The position numbers were made by a program, and so were the translations under genes. A stretch of 64,000 nucleotides of DNA from an uncultured Candidatus Saccharibacteria bacterium (lineage in GTDB: Bacteria; Patescibacteriota; Minisyncoccia; UBA6257; UBA9933): positions 2,040 to 66,039 of the forward strand of contig CAZXNT010000004.1 of assembly GCA_964642155.1 (NCBI GenBank). Reading direction: 5' to 3'. Under the pieces are notes generated by a model. The model was not told the DNA's origin, ran no database searches, and saw only the letters and a program-made list of their open reading frames with translations. Position 1 is the stretch's first letter, and each line of letters begins with the position of its first letter. Positions 37,823 to 45,680 of this stretch are shown piece by piece.

Positions 37823-38017
37823 ACTTATTTCAAAAACTTGTCCATTGAGATACCAGTTTTCTTTTCCAAGTCTTTTCCGGTGGCCTCTATTTCCTCGTCA
37901 TTCATTTTTCTTTCATTGATTCCATGTTCGTAAATAATTACTTCAATAGCTCATCAACCGAAACATCAAGCGCATTGGCGATTTTTTTCAAATCGTATTT
38001 AATATAACTTTTATTAT

Positions 38018-38280
38018 GTGCTGTAATTATACACTTTGCGCGAACCTTTTTCGAGCGGAAAGACCAATGACTTCGCACGCTCCGCGTGAGTGGTGGCTCT
38101 GACCAAAATCGTACGCGCGGAGCGCGTGGTGAAGCGAACTCTGCGCGCCTCGTCCGCTCCCTTCGGTCGCGGGAGCAAAAACCAAAAATTTTCCTTCCTT
38201 TCTTTTAGATTCTCGGCGGGGGGTGTGGGGGGAGCCGACAAAAAATGGAAAGGAAATTTTTGGTTTTGCTTCGCCACTAC
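38018..38280. repeat. IR1-L: left copy of an about 265-bp inverted repeat
   Basis: Near-identical reverse complement at 40616..40881; internal 22-bp hairpin flanking a G6-TGT-G6 run; ORFs 38014..38277(-) and 38090..38299(+) are artefacts of the repeat. Confidence 0.85.
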
Positions 38281-38566
38281 AGACTACGAAATGAACTAAT
38301 TCTATTTTATCACTTTAGGTGATACCTTGTCGCTCATTTCTCCGTCCTTGCGGCGAGACGAGGTGCCTCCTCTAGGTGTTTGGTGGATTTATCTGCTCTT
38401 GTAAAAGCGGAGGTCAGGCTTCCACAGAAGAGTTTTATCGCCGTTCTGTTGGTGTGTTGATGCCTGACCTCAATAGACTTTCTCCTTTTCATTATTAACG
38501 TAATCATTTGAAATATGACCCCCGTATGAGATGCTCCCCTCGCTCACCAAAATAAATAACGGCTTC

Positions 38567-40324
38567 CTATCGCTCGGGGGCATATTTTTTACATTTTTTA
38601 TATTCATTGTATTTATCATGAGCATCTGGTCTGCTACCATAGTCAATATTCCATTTTATCGATGGGTCAGATACAAAAGTAGCTGAATCAATTCCTTCAA
38701 TTATAAAAATTGCTGATTTTTGCCATTCATATTCTTTACCATAACAATATAGATGGTCCTTGTCAGCCGTATAAAGATCATTAATAACCCTGAATGTTTT
38801 CGGGTCAGCATCAATTTTCGTTAATGTACAACCTTCATAACAAAGAACGGCATATACACCGCGATTATCCTTAGCATATCTATCTGATAGTGCCTCAAAA
38901 TACCTTGTATCTGACCCACTAAGGGTGTCACCGAAACCACTGAAATACACTCTTCTATTATCTCTAGCAAAACTATCATTAATCACCGTGAAGGAATCGT
39001 GGTCAGCTCCGTCTAACATTTCCGCACGACTGCCGCTATATGGATCATAGTCAAAACGATAAATATTTTTTTCATCTTCAGCATAAATACTACCGAGTAT
39101 TTTGAACGTATTTCTTGTTGAAACACCCAAGGGGCAAAATCTTTCATCAGAAAGACTGCCATACTCAATACCATTTACTGAGTTTTTTATTGCCCAGTAT
39201 TCATTCAATTTAGTTACGCCGTCACTAGGGCGAGTAGGAACACAATCTCGGTTGAAGCTGGTGGTCGTAGCTAATTTAATACTCCTTATCACTTTATCAA
39301 GTTCATCTGCAAGTTTTCTCCCGTATTTCAAAGACATTGTTTCGAAACGAAATATAATAATTTTATCTTGTATCTTTACGTAGAATGAAAAAGTGCCGAA
39401 CATCTCGGATGGTTGATGGGTTAGCGTATAAGATAAACCACTATCAGTTCTTGATTCTTTACATTTTAGTTCAAAATAAAAATCAATAATCTGAACAGCA
39501 TTGTCACAATTCAAATCATCCGCTTTTATGTTTTTTATGCTTGAATCAAGATTGGAAAAGTGCTTCAAAAAGTCTGAGGAAGTGGAAGCTGAAAATATAT
39601 AAACTCTGCCTGCTCCACCAAATTCAGGCAGGTCTGAAGGTATAAGGTAGAGAATAGCTCCCGAATTCGAGGGTTCAAATTTATTTTCTCTTAATCCCCA
39701 ATCTGCCGGGTATACAAAAGAAAATCCTAATATTGTATTTTTATACAACTTGGGGGTGGCGTTTGCAGTCGCCACTGCTTGCGGTCCGTTCGATCTTGTT
39801 GGAGTTTGAAATCGCTCAACTTCGCCTTTCAGTTCGGCAATTTGTTTCGTCGCTTCCTCTTGGCCTTTCTTGCTTGCTTCAATTGCTTGCGTGATTGCCT
39901 CTTTTGCCTCATCGGGGACCTTAATTAAAATGGTGGCTAACACATCTTGATTTCTTGAGTTGTTGTCTGCAATCGAGTTGAGCAAAGTTTCCGCCTGTCC
40001 TTTGTCTTTAACTTCTTTTGATTTTTCTGTCGCTAACGCAATATTGCTTTCATAATTGGCGATAGCCGTTTTAACCCCGTCCGGATTCTTTTCTTCCGCA
40101 ATGGCTTCTATTTCAGCTAAACGCTCATCAGCATAACCTAACGCTTTCTTGGCTTTGCTTTCAGAATCAAAAGTGAAGAAAAGACCTATATTTTCAAAAG
40201 CGGTGTCAAAGAAATAGAAAAAACTTCCTGGCTTAACGCCCGCATTTGTAGCCGCGGACACTTGCACTGGTACAACAAAAGCAAGTGAGATAAGGAGTAC
40301 CGACAGTGTGGTTAGTTTTTTCAT
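38567..40324 (-). CDS. Secreted protein with N-terminal DUF5667-like helical domain and C-terminal DKNYY-type repeats
   Basis: 585 aa; signal peptide; KPGSFFYFFDTAFENI block; repeated YAKDNRGVY / YTADKDHLY / ARDNRRVYF motifs. Confidence 0.5.
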   Translation of the reverse strand: MKKLTTLSVLLISLAFVVPVQVSAATNAGVKPGSFFYFFDTAFENIGLFFTFDSESKAKKALGYADERLAEIEAIAEEKNPDGVKTAIANYESNIALATEKSKEVKDKGQAETLLNSIADNNSRNQDVLATILIKVPDEAKEAITQAIEASKKGQEEATKQIAELKGEVERFQTPTRSNGPQAVATANATPKLYKNTILGFSFVYPADWGLRENKFEPSNSGAILYLIPSDLPEFGGAGRVYIFSASTSSDFLKHFSNLDSSIKNIKADDLNCDNAVQIIDFYFELKCKESRTDSGLSYTLTHQPSEMFGTFSFYVKIQDKIIIFRFETMSLKYGRKLADELDKVIRSIKLATTTSFNRDCVPTRPSDGVTKLNEYWAIKNSVNGIEYGSLSDERFCPLGVSTRNTFKILGSIYAEDEKNIYRFDYDPYSGSRAEMLDGADHDSFTVINDSFARDNRRVYFSGFGDTLSGSDTRYFEALSDRYAKDNRGVYAVLCYEGCTLTKIDADPKTFRVINDLYTADKDHLYCYGKEYEWQKSAIFIIEGIDSATFVSDPSIKWNIDYGSRPDAHDKYNEYKKCKKYAPER

Positions 40325-40328
40325 ATCT

Positions 40329-40550
40329 CTATTTTATAAAATAGTTAATATCTTTACTGTACATTTTCGCAAAGGTCTGAAGTTCAACAACATCAACCCT
40401 CTGCTGTCCCGATTCTACATTAGAAATATGCGATTGCGGACGCTTCAATTTCTTTGCAACCTGAACCTGTGTCAATCCCGCCTCCTCCCGAGCTTTCCGT
40501 AATCGCTCGACAAAATAAGCATATTCCTTTGTTCTTATTGACCTAGTCAT
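40329..40550 (-). CDS. XRE-family helix-turn-helix transcriptional regulator
   Basis: 73 aa; LRKAREEAGLTQVQVAKKL...SHISNVESG HTH_XRE; 4 nt upstream of the 585-aa gene. Confidence 0.7.
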   Translation of the reverse strand: MTRSIRTKEYAYFVERLRKAREEAGLTQVQVAKKLKRPQSHISNVESGQQRVDVVELQTFAKMYSKDINYFIK

Positions 40551-40615
40551 ATATTACCATTGTCTATCTAAAGATTCAATATCCAAAGTTTAGATACTGT
40601 GGTAAACTGAATTTG

Positions 40616-40881
40616 GTAGCGGCGAAGCAAAACCAAAAATTTCCTTTCCATTTTTTGTCGGCTCCCCCCACACCCCCCGCCGAGAATCTAAAAGAAAGGA
40701 AGGAAAATTTTTGGTTTTTGCTCCCGCGACCGAAGGGAGCGGACGAGGCGCGCAGAGTTCGCTTCACCACGCGCTCCGCGCGTACGATTTTGGTCAGAGC
40801 CACCACTCACGCGGAGCGTGCGAAGTCATTGGTCTTTCCGCTCGAAAAAGGTTCGCGCAAAGTGTATAATTACAGCACCAT
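40616..40881. repeat. IR1-R: right (inverted) copy of the about 265-bp repeat
   Basis: Reverse complement of 38018..38280 with one indel at the outer end; ORFs 40576..40806(-) and 40613..40975(+) mirror the artefactual ORFs in IR1-L. Confidence 0.85.
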
Positions 40882-40972
40882 AAGTAACTTGTTCGGAAAT
40901 GACTGCTCCGCGCGGCGAGTACGCCGCGCTCCGCAGGGCAAAATCCGCTTTTGTTTTCGCCGTGAAATCCCA
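40875..40972. repeat. IR2-L: left copy of a 98-bp inverted repeat (overlaps the end of IR1-R by about 7 bp)
   Basis: gcaccataagtaacttgttcggaaatgactgctccgcgcggcgagtacgcc...gtgaaatccca; reverse complement at 42426..42523 with one mismatch. Confidence 0.85.
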
Positions 40973-40988
40973 TAATTCGCCCCAGCGT

Positions 40989-42662
40989 ATGGAAACAACT
41001 CAAACCAAAACTAAATGCGTTCTCTACGCTCGCAAGAGCACCGAGGAGGACGACAAGCAAGTGATGAGCATAGACGCTCAACTTTTTGAGCTGAAAGAAT
41101 ATGCTCGTAGAGAACGCATTGAAATCGTAAAAGTATTTACGGAAGCGAAAAGCGCAAAGAAGCCCGGGCGAGACCAATTCGCCAAAATGATTGCGTATAT
41201 TGAAAGTTCTAGTGAACCGCTTGGTATTTTGGCATGGCACCCAGACCGTCTCGCCCGTAATTCTGTTGATGGCGGAAAAATTATCTATCTCATAGACATC
41301 AACAGAATTGCTTCTTTGCGCTTTCCGCAGTTTTGGTTTGAGCCAACTCCGCAAGGGAAATTCATGTTGCAAGTGGCGTTCGGACAAAGCAAGTATTTCT
41401 CGGATAACTTAGTGGAAAATGTGAAGCGCGGTATCCGCCAAAAACTCCGCCGTGGCGAATGGCTGACGCTCGCTCCTTTGGGATATGTGAATAATTACAA
41501 AACGCGGAACATTGACCCTCACCCTACATATTCCAAAGTTATCAAGCGAGCGTTTGAGGAATACGCCACCGGAAAATATACCCTTGTCGGTTTAGCGGAG
41601 TTTTTGGCGGAGCATAGCATTGTCCAAAAGAAAGGAACGTCACTTGCCAAAGTTTCCGTCGTGAAAATGCTCACGAACAGGGCATATTTGGGATTTGTAA
41701 AATTTCATGGCGAATATCACGACGGAAACTTTGAGCCGATTCTTTCCCCGACACTGTTTGAAGCAGTGCAGAAGGTTTTGAAATCCAAGCAACGACCGCG
41801 CAAACAAAAGGAGAGGTATGATTTTCCATTTACGCAGTTTGCGCGGTGCGGCGAGTGCGGCAATATGATCACGGCGCAATATGCCACTAACCGCTTCGGC
41901 ACTCGCTATACTTACTATCGTTGCACCAAGAAAAGCGGAAAGTGTAGCCAGCCGTATATTGCCGCTGACGCGCTCGCCGCTCAAGCGCAAAGACTGCTTC
42001 AATCAGTGTCGCTCCCTCTCGAAGAAATTGCGATTATGGAAAAGCAGATAAACGTATGGAAAAACGAGTCAATTTCTTTGAGAGGAGAAGTTGCCCAAAA
42101 TCTGAAATCCAAGCTTTCCGAGGCGCAGGAGAAGCTAGACCGGCTTGTGTCGCTCTATCTCGACCAAGATATCGAGCGCGACCTGTATCTCACTCGCAAA
42201 GACGCTCTCCTGCGCCAAAAAGCGAAGTTGGAGGAAAGTTTGGGAGATTTTGGGCAACAAGGAAAGAATCGGCTCGAACCCTTGTGGAGTTTCGTTTTGT
42301 CCTTGAAAGAAGCGGAAAAAGTAGCGCAAACAAAAAATTACGCCGAATGGCGCAACTTTTTCCGTTCTCTCGGCTCTAACCCCGAAATCAAGGACAAAAC
42401 GCTTTCAATCAATTGGGGCGAACTCTGGGATTTCACGGCGAAAACAAAAGCGGATTTTGCCCTGCGGAGCGCGGCGCACTCGCCGCGCGGAGCAGTCATT
42501 TCCGAACAAGTTACTTATGGTGCCCGGGGTGGGATTCGAACCCACAAACCTTTTGGGTCAAGGATTTTAAGTCCTCTGCGTAAACCGTTCCGCCACCCGG
42601 GCATATTTAAATTTCGAGGCCTGAGGCGGAATCGAACCGCCGTTATACCCAGCACCTCTTGA
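40989..42662 (+). CDS. Large serine recombinase (resolvase/invertase catalytic domain + recombinase domain + zinc ribbon)
   Basis: Start METTQTKTKCVLYARKSTEEDD (catalytic Ser), LAWHPDRLARN, zinc ribbon CGECGN...YYRCTKKSGKC; about 47% GC; ORF has no stop before 42662 and reads through IR2-R and two tRNA genes, so the true C-terminus is uncertain. Confidence 0.8.
   Translation: METTQTKTKCVLYARKSTEEDDKQVMSIDAQLFELKEYARRERIEIVKVFTEAKSAKKPGRDQFAKMIAYIESSSEPLGILAWHPDRLARNSVDGGKIIYLIDINRIASLRFPQFWFEPTPQGKFMLQVAFGQSKYFSDNLVENVKRGIRQKLRRGEWLTLAPLGYVNNYKTRNIDPHPTYSKVIKRAFEEYATGKYTLVGLAEFLAEHSIVQKKGTSLAKVSVVKMLTNRAYLGFVKFHGEYHDGNFEPILSPTLFEAVQKVLKSKQRPRKQKERYDFPFTQFARCGECGNMITAQYATNRFGTRYTYYRCTKKSGKCSQPYIAADALAAQAQRLLQSVSLPLEEIAIMEKQINVWKNESISLRGEVAQNLKSKLSEAQEKLDRLVSLYLDQDIERDLYLTRKDALLRQKAKLEESLGDFGQQGKNRLEPLWSFVLSLKEAEKVAQTKNYAEWRNFFRSLGSNPEIKDKTLSINWGELWDFTAKTKADFALRSAAHSPRGAVISEQVTYGARGGIRTHKPFGSRILSPLRKPFRHPGIFKFRGLRRNRTAVIPSTS
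42426..42523. repeat. IR2-R: right copy of the 98-bp inverted repeat, ending exactly at the 3' end of tRNA-Leu(TAA)
   Basis: tgggatttcacggcg...aagttacttatggtgc; the terminal tggtgc is the reverse complement of the tRNA discriminator+CCA. Confidence 0.85.
42521..42602 (-). tRNA. tRNA-Leu (TAA)
   Basis: Manual fold on minus strand: acceptor GCCCGGG/CCCGGGC, anticodon loop CTTAAAA, long variable arm, T-arm GTGGG-TTCGAAT-CCCAC, encoded CCA. Confidence 0.8.
42603..42661 (-). other. Truncated tRNA-like fragment (acceptor + T-arm only) between tRNA-Cys and tRNA-Leu
   Basis: minus strand cgaggcc-tcaagaggtgctgggtataac-ggcgg-ttcgatt-ccgcc-tca-ggcctcg; lacks D and anticodon arms. Confidence 0.4.
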
Positions 42663-42733
42663 GGCCTCGGGGAGAATCGAACTCCCGTATAAGAGTTTTG
42701 CAGACTCTCGCCTTACCACTTGGCTACGAGGCC
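42662..42733 (-). tRNA. tRNA-Cys (GCA)
   Basis: Manual fold: acceptor GGCCTCG/CGAGGCC, 3-bp D-stem, anticodon stem AGAGT/ACTCT loop CTGCAAA, T-arm GGGAG-TTCGATT-CTCCC. Confidence 0.8.
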
Positions 42734-42970
42734 ATATTTTCTTTTTAGTAATTCTTTTTGTTGATGGTTTTTAAGAAATTTTTCATATTTCATAGCTTCA
42801 CTTCTTGAGTTGCGTTCATAATATTCAAGTAATTTCCATGGGCGATACGCTTTTGTTGATTTTACTTTTCCTTGATTATGTAAAATAATTCTTTTTTCAA
42901 GATTTGCCGTACTGCCAATATAGATATCATTATTTTTATCGCTTTTCAAGACATAAATATAGTAATTCAT
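42713..42970 (-). CDS. GIY-YIG nuclease-family protein (free-standing homing-endonuclease-like)
   Basis: Probable start MNYYIYVLKSDKNNDIYIGSTANLEKRIILHNQG (GIY-YIG core); stop codon lies inside the D-loop of tRNA-Cys; ORF-track start 43036 is likely an upstream over-extension. Confidence 0.65.
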   Translation of the reverse strand: MNYYIYVLKSDKNNDIYIGSTANLEKRIILHNQGKVKSTKAYRPWKLLEYYERNSRSEAMKYEKFLKNHQQKELLKRKYGLVAKW

Positions 42971-42974
42971 AAGA

Positions 42975-43043
42975 GTTTTGTCTGGCTTCGCCAGATCTCG
43001 CGTAGCGAGACAGACCCTCGCTTTACCACTTAGCAACCAGGCC
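42975..43043 (-). pseudogene. Divergent 5' half of a tRNA-Cys-like gene carrying a 30-nt twin-hairpin insertion in the anticodon loop; 3' half replaced by the GIY-YIG ORF
   Basis: minus strand ggcctggttgctaagtggtaaagcgagggtctg + tctcgctacgcgaga|tctggcgaagccaga + caaaactcttATG; acceptor 5' strand does not pair with the downstream tRNA-Cys 3' strand. Confidence 0.5.
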
Positions 43044-43087
43044 GTTGCTTAATCAATTTTAAGGTTTATAAAACTTAATTGTCAAAC

Positions 43088-44551
43088 TTACTGCCACATC
43101 AAGCGGTCGCCGGCAATAATAAAAATATCGGATTCAAATATAAGTCCGCATTCTTCATTAAGCAAAACTTCGTTGACTTCCTGTTTGTATTTTTTAAGGC
43201 TGGTTATTTTACCGAAGCCGATTTCATTATTTTCGCGCGTTATTTTCAGCTGATTGTTATTTTTAATTTTTCCCCCAATAACTTTCCCTCCAATTAATTG
43301 TTTTTTTCCTTTTTGGCTGAAAATTTTCAAAATTTCCAATTCTCCTTGAAGTGGGGGAGTTTCCAATAATTTTATTTCTTTTTGTATTATTTCAATTAAT
43401 TCGTAAATTATTTCCGAAGAAATTATTTTCACATTTTGCGCTTTTGCCAAATTTTCGGCGATTTTATTCGTTTTGACGCGAAAACCGGTAATAATGGCGT
43501 TGCTTGAGAACGCGCTTTTAATGTCGCCATCCGTTATCTCTCCAATGGATTCGTTTAAAACGTTAATTTTCACGTTTTCGCTTTTGAGCGTTTTGATTAT
43601 TTCGGACAAAGTTTCAAGCGAGCCGGAAACATCGGCTTTTAAAATTAAATTTAATTCCGGTAATCTATCCTTATTTGAAGCGATAAATTGGGTTGATGGT
43701 TTTTCTGATTCTGTTTGAATTTCCATCAAATCAATATTCCCACTGGTGAATTCTTCGCCTATTTGCGGCAATGTTTCAAATCCTAAAATTATTGCCGGTG
43801 AAGAAGGGGAGAGCGTGTCCGATTTTTCGCCTAAAAAATTTTCAAGATTTTTTATTTTTCCGCAAGCGCTGGCAGTGGCGATTCTGTCGTTGGTTTTCAA
43901 AATGCCGTTTTTAACGATGGCCGAGACGATTATTCCGCTTCGGCTGTCGGCTTTGGTCTCAATAATTATGCCGTTGGCGTTTTCATCGGGATTATAAGTT
44001 AAATTTTCCATTTCCGCGGCAAGTAAAATTAAATCAAGCAATTCATTGACGCCTTGGCCGGTCTTGGCTGAAATCGCTTGCCAGCTTATATTGCCGCCGT
44101 ATCCTTCAAGTAAAACTCCATTCGTCATTAAATCATTTTTTGTTTTTTCAATGTCGGCGTTCGGCTTGTCTATTTTATTGATGGCGACCACAAAAGGAGT
44201 TTTTGTTTCTTTAATAATTTCAATTGATTCTTTGGTTTGCGGTTTTACGCCGTCTTCGGCCGCTATCACTAAAATCGCTAGATCCGCCACTTTTGCTCCG
44301 CGGCCGCGCATTTTTGAAAACGCTTCGTGCCCCGGAGTATCTATAAAAGTGATTTTTTTGCCATTGTGTTCAATTTCATATGCGCCGATTGATTGAGTAA
44401 TGCCGCCGGCTTCTTTGGCAATAATGTTTGTTTTGCGTATAAAATCAAGCAAACTGGTTTTGCCGTGATCAACGTGCCCCATCACTACCACAATCGGCGG
44501 ACGAGAAAACGAATTTTCAATTATCTTTTTTTGGTTATTATTTTTTTCCAT
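43088..44551 (-). CDS. infB: Translation initiation factor IF-2 (short form)
   Basis: 487 aa; G-domain VVVMGHVDHGKTSLLD, DTPGHEAF, NKID; C-terminal beta-barrels. Confidence 0.85.
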   Translation of the reverse strand: MEKNNNQKKIIENSFSRPPIVVVMGHVDHGKTSLLDFIRKTNIIAKEAGGITQSIGAYEIEHNGKKITFIDTPGHEAFSKMRGRGAKVADLAILVIAAEDGVKPQTKESIEIIKETKTPFVVAINKIDKPNADIEKTKNDLMTNGVLLEGYGGNISWQAISAKTGQGVNELLDLILLAAEMENLTYNPDENANGIIIETKADSRSGIIVSAIVKNGILKTNDRIATASACGKIKNLENFLGEKSDTLSPSSPAIILGFETLPQIGEEFTSGNIDLMEIQTESEKPSTQFIASNKDRLPELNLILKADVSGSLETLSEIIKTLKSENVKINVLNESIGEITDGDIKSAFSSNAIITGFRVKTNKIAENLAKAQNVKIISSEIIYELIEIIQKEIKLLETPPLQGELEILKIFSQKGKKQLIGGKVIGGKIKNNNQLKITRENNEIGFGKITSLKKYKQEVNEVLLNEECGLIFESDIFIIAGDRLMWQ

Positions 44552-44649
44552 CGCAATTCAAAGATTAACAGAAAAATCTTGTGAATACAAGGATTTTAAT
44601 AATAATTCTTGATTATTAATTCATTATTCATTATTCTTAGTAAGGGAAT

Positions 44650-44736
44650 GGAGGCGTGGCTGAGCGGTTGAAAGCAGCATCCTGCTAAGATGTTAGGGGA
44701 GCAATCCCCTCGAAGGTTCGAATCCTTCCGCCTCCG
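44650..44736 (+). tRNA. tRNA-Ser (GCT)
   Basis: Manual fold: acceptor GGAGGCG/CGCCTCC, anticodon stem GCATC/GATGT loop CTGCTAA, long variable arm, T-arm GAAGG-TTCGAAT-CCTTC. Confidence 0.7.
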
Positions 44737-44763
44737 CCTTCGCCCGCCATAGCGGGCTTCGGC

Positions 44764-44827
44764 GGACACAGTCCGCCAGAGCTTTAGCGACGGCTGGACA
44801 CAGTCCGCAAGAAGTTTGCGACGGCGG
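44764..44827. repeat. Two tandem 32-bp GC-rich repeats each containing a ggac-aca-gtcc hairpin, preceded by a gcccgc-cata-gcgggc hairpin
   Basis: ggacacagtccgccagagctttagcgacggct / ggacacagtccgcaagaagtttgcgacggcgg; directly downstream of tRNA-Ser, upstream of a GIY-YIG gene. Confidence 0.55.
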
Positions 44828-44839
44828 GATGATTAAGTT

Positions 44840-45076
44840 ATGTATATAGTTTATATTTTAAAATGTATTGATGGAAAATCATATACTGGTTGTACAGAAA
44901 ATTTAGAAGAAAGATTAAAACGACATAATAATGGTTATGTTCCAGCAACTGAAAATCATCGCCCTGTTAAACTTATAACACACATTGTGTTTAGTGATAA
45001 ATATAAAGCGTTTGAATTTGAAAAATATTTAAAATCTGGTTCTGGACGAGCATTTTTAAATAAACATTTATATTAG
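44840..45076 (+). CDS. GIY-YIG nuclease family protein (YhbQ-like)
   Basis: 78 aa; MYIVYILKCIDGKSYTGCTENLEERLKRHNNG matches the GIY-YIG core. Confidence 0.7.
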   Translation: MYIVYILKCIDGKSYTGCTENLEERLKRHNNGYVPATENHRPVKLITHIVFSDKYKAFEFEKYLKSGSGRAFLNKHLY

Positions 45077-45102
45077 AAATAAATTTTTAAAATATTATCA
45101 CC

Positions 45103-45678
45103 ATGTCGATAATTGATTTAAGAAATAAAAAACCAATAAAATATTCTGAGAAAAAGAGTGAAGGCGGAAGAGGACGGGAGAAATCCGATGAAATAATCTG
45201 GCAGATTCCGGAATATGAATACCGGCCCAAAGACGTTTCTTGGTATTGGATAAGTTTGATTGCCACAATTATTTTATTTGCTTTCGCGATTTGGCAAGAA
45301 AATTTTTTATTCGCTATTTTTGTAGTGATTGCTTTTTTTGCGTTAAATTATTTAACCAATCGTTTTCCGCCCATTTGGGAAATTAAAATGAATGGAAAGG
45401 GGATATTTATCGGATTACCTAATAGCAAGAATAAAAAATTTTATTCTATTGAAAACATTGAAATTTTTGACATTCACTCTGAAATTTACGAAGATGATAA
45501 AGAGCCGGAATATAAAAAATTAATACTCAAGTTTAAGTCAAAAATGACGCCATATTTGAAAATCAATATTTATTCAAAAGATGAATTAAGAATCAAGGAA
45601 TTTCTTTTGGAATTTGCGCCGCAAGAAGAAATTTCCAAATCCTTGGTTGATTCGCTTTCTGAATTAATAGGATTTTAA
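45103..45678 (+). CDS. Hypothetical 2-TM membrane protein
   Basis: 191 aa ORF; no family recognised. Confidence 0.35.
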   Translation: MSIIDLRNKKPIKYSEKKSEGGRGREKSDEIIWQIPEYEYRPKDVSWYWISLIATIILFAFAIWQENFLFAIFVVIAFFALNYLTNRFPPIWEIKMNGKGIFIGLPNSKNKKFYSIENIEIFDIHSEIYEDDKEPEYKKLILKFKSKMTPYLKINIYSKDELRIKEFLLEFAPQEEISKSLVDSLSELIGF

Positions 45679-45680
45679 CC

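Noticed and set aside
38014-38299. ORFs 38014..38277(-), 38090..38299(+), 40576..40806(-) and 40613..40975(+), which give identical proteins in pairs
   Set aside because: They are mirror images generated by the 265-bp inverted repeat (IR1). They have no start context or domain signal, so I treat them as repeat DNA, not genes.
40794-41387. 197-aa ORF 40794..41387(-) and 41640..42002(-)
   Set aside because: They are antisense to the serine recombinase gene (clear catalytic and zinc-ribbon motifs). The higher GC keeps antisense frames open.
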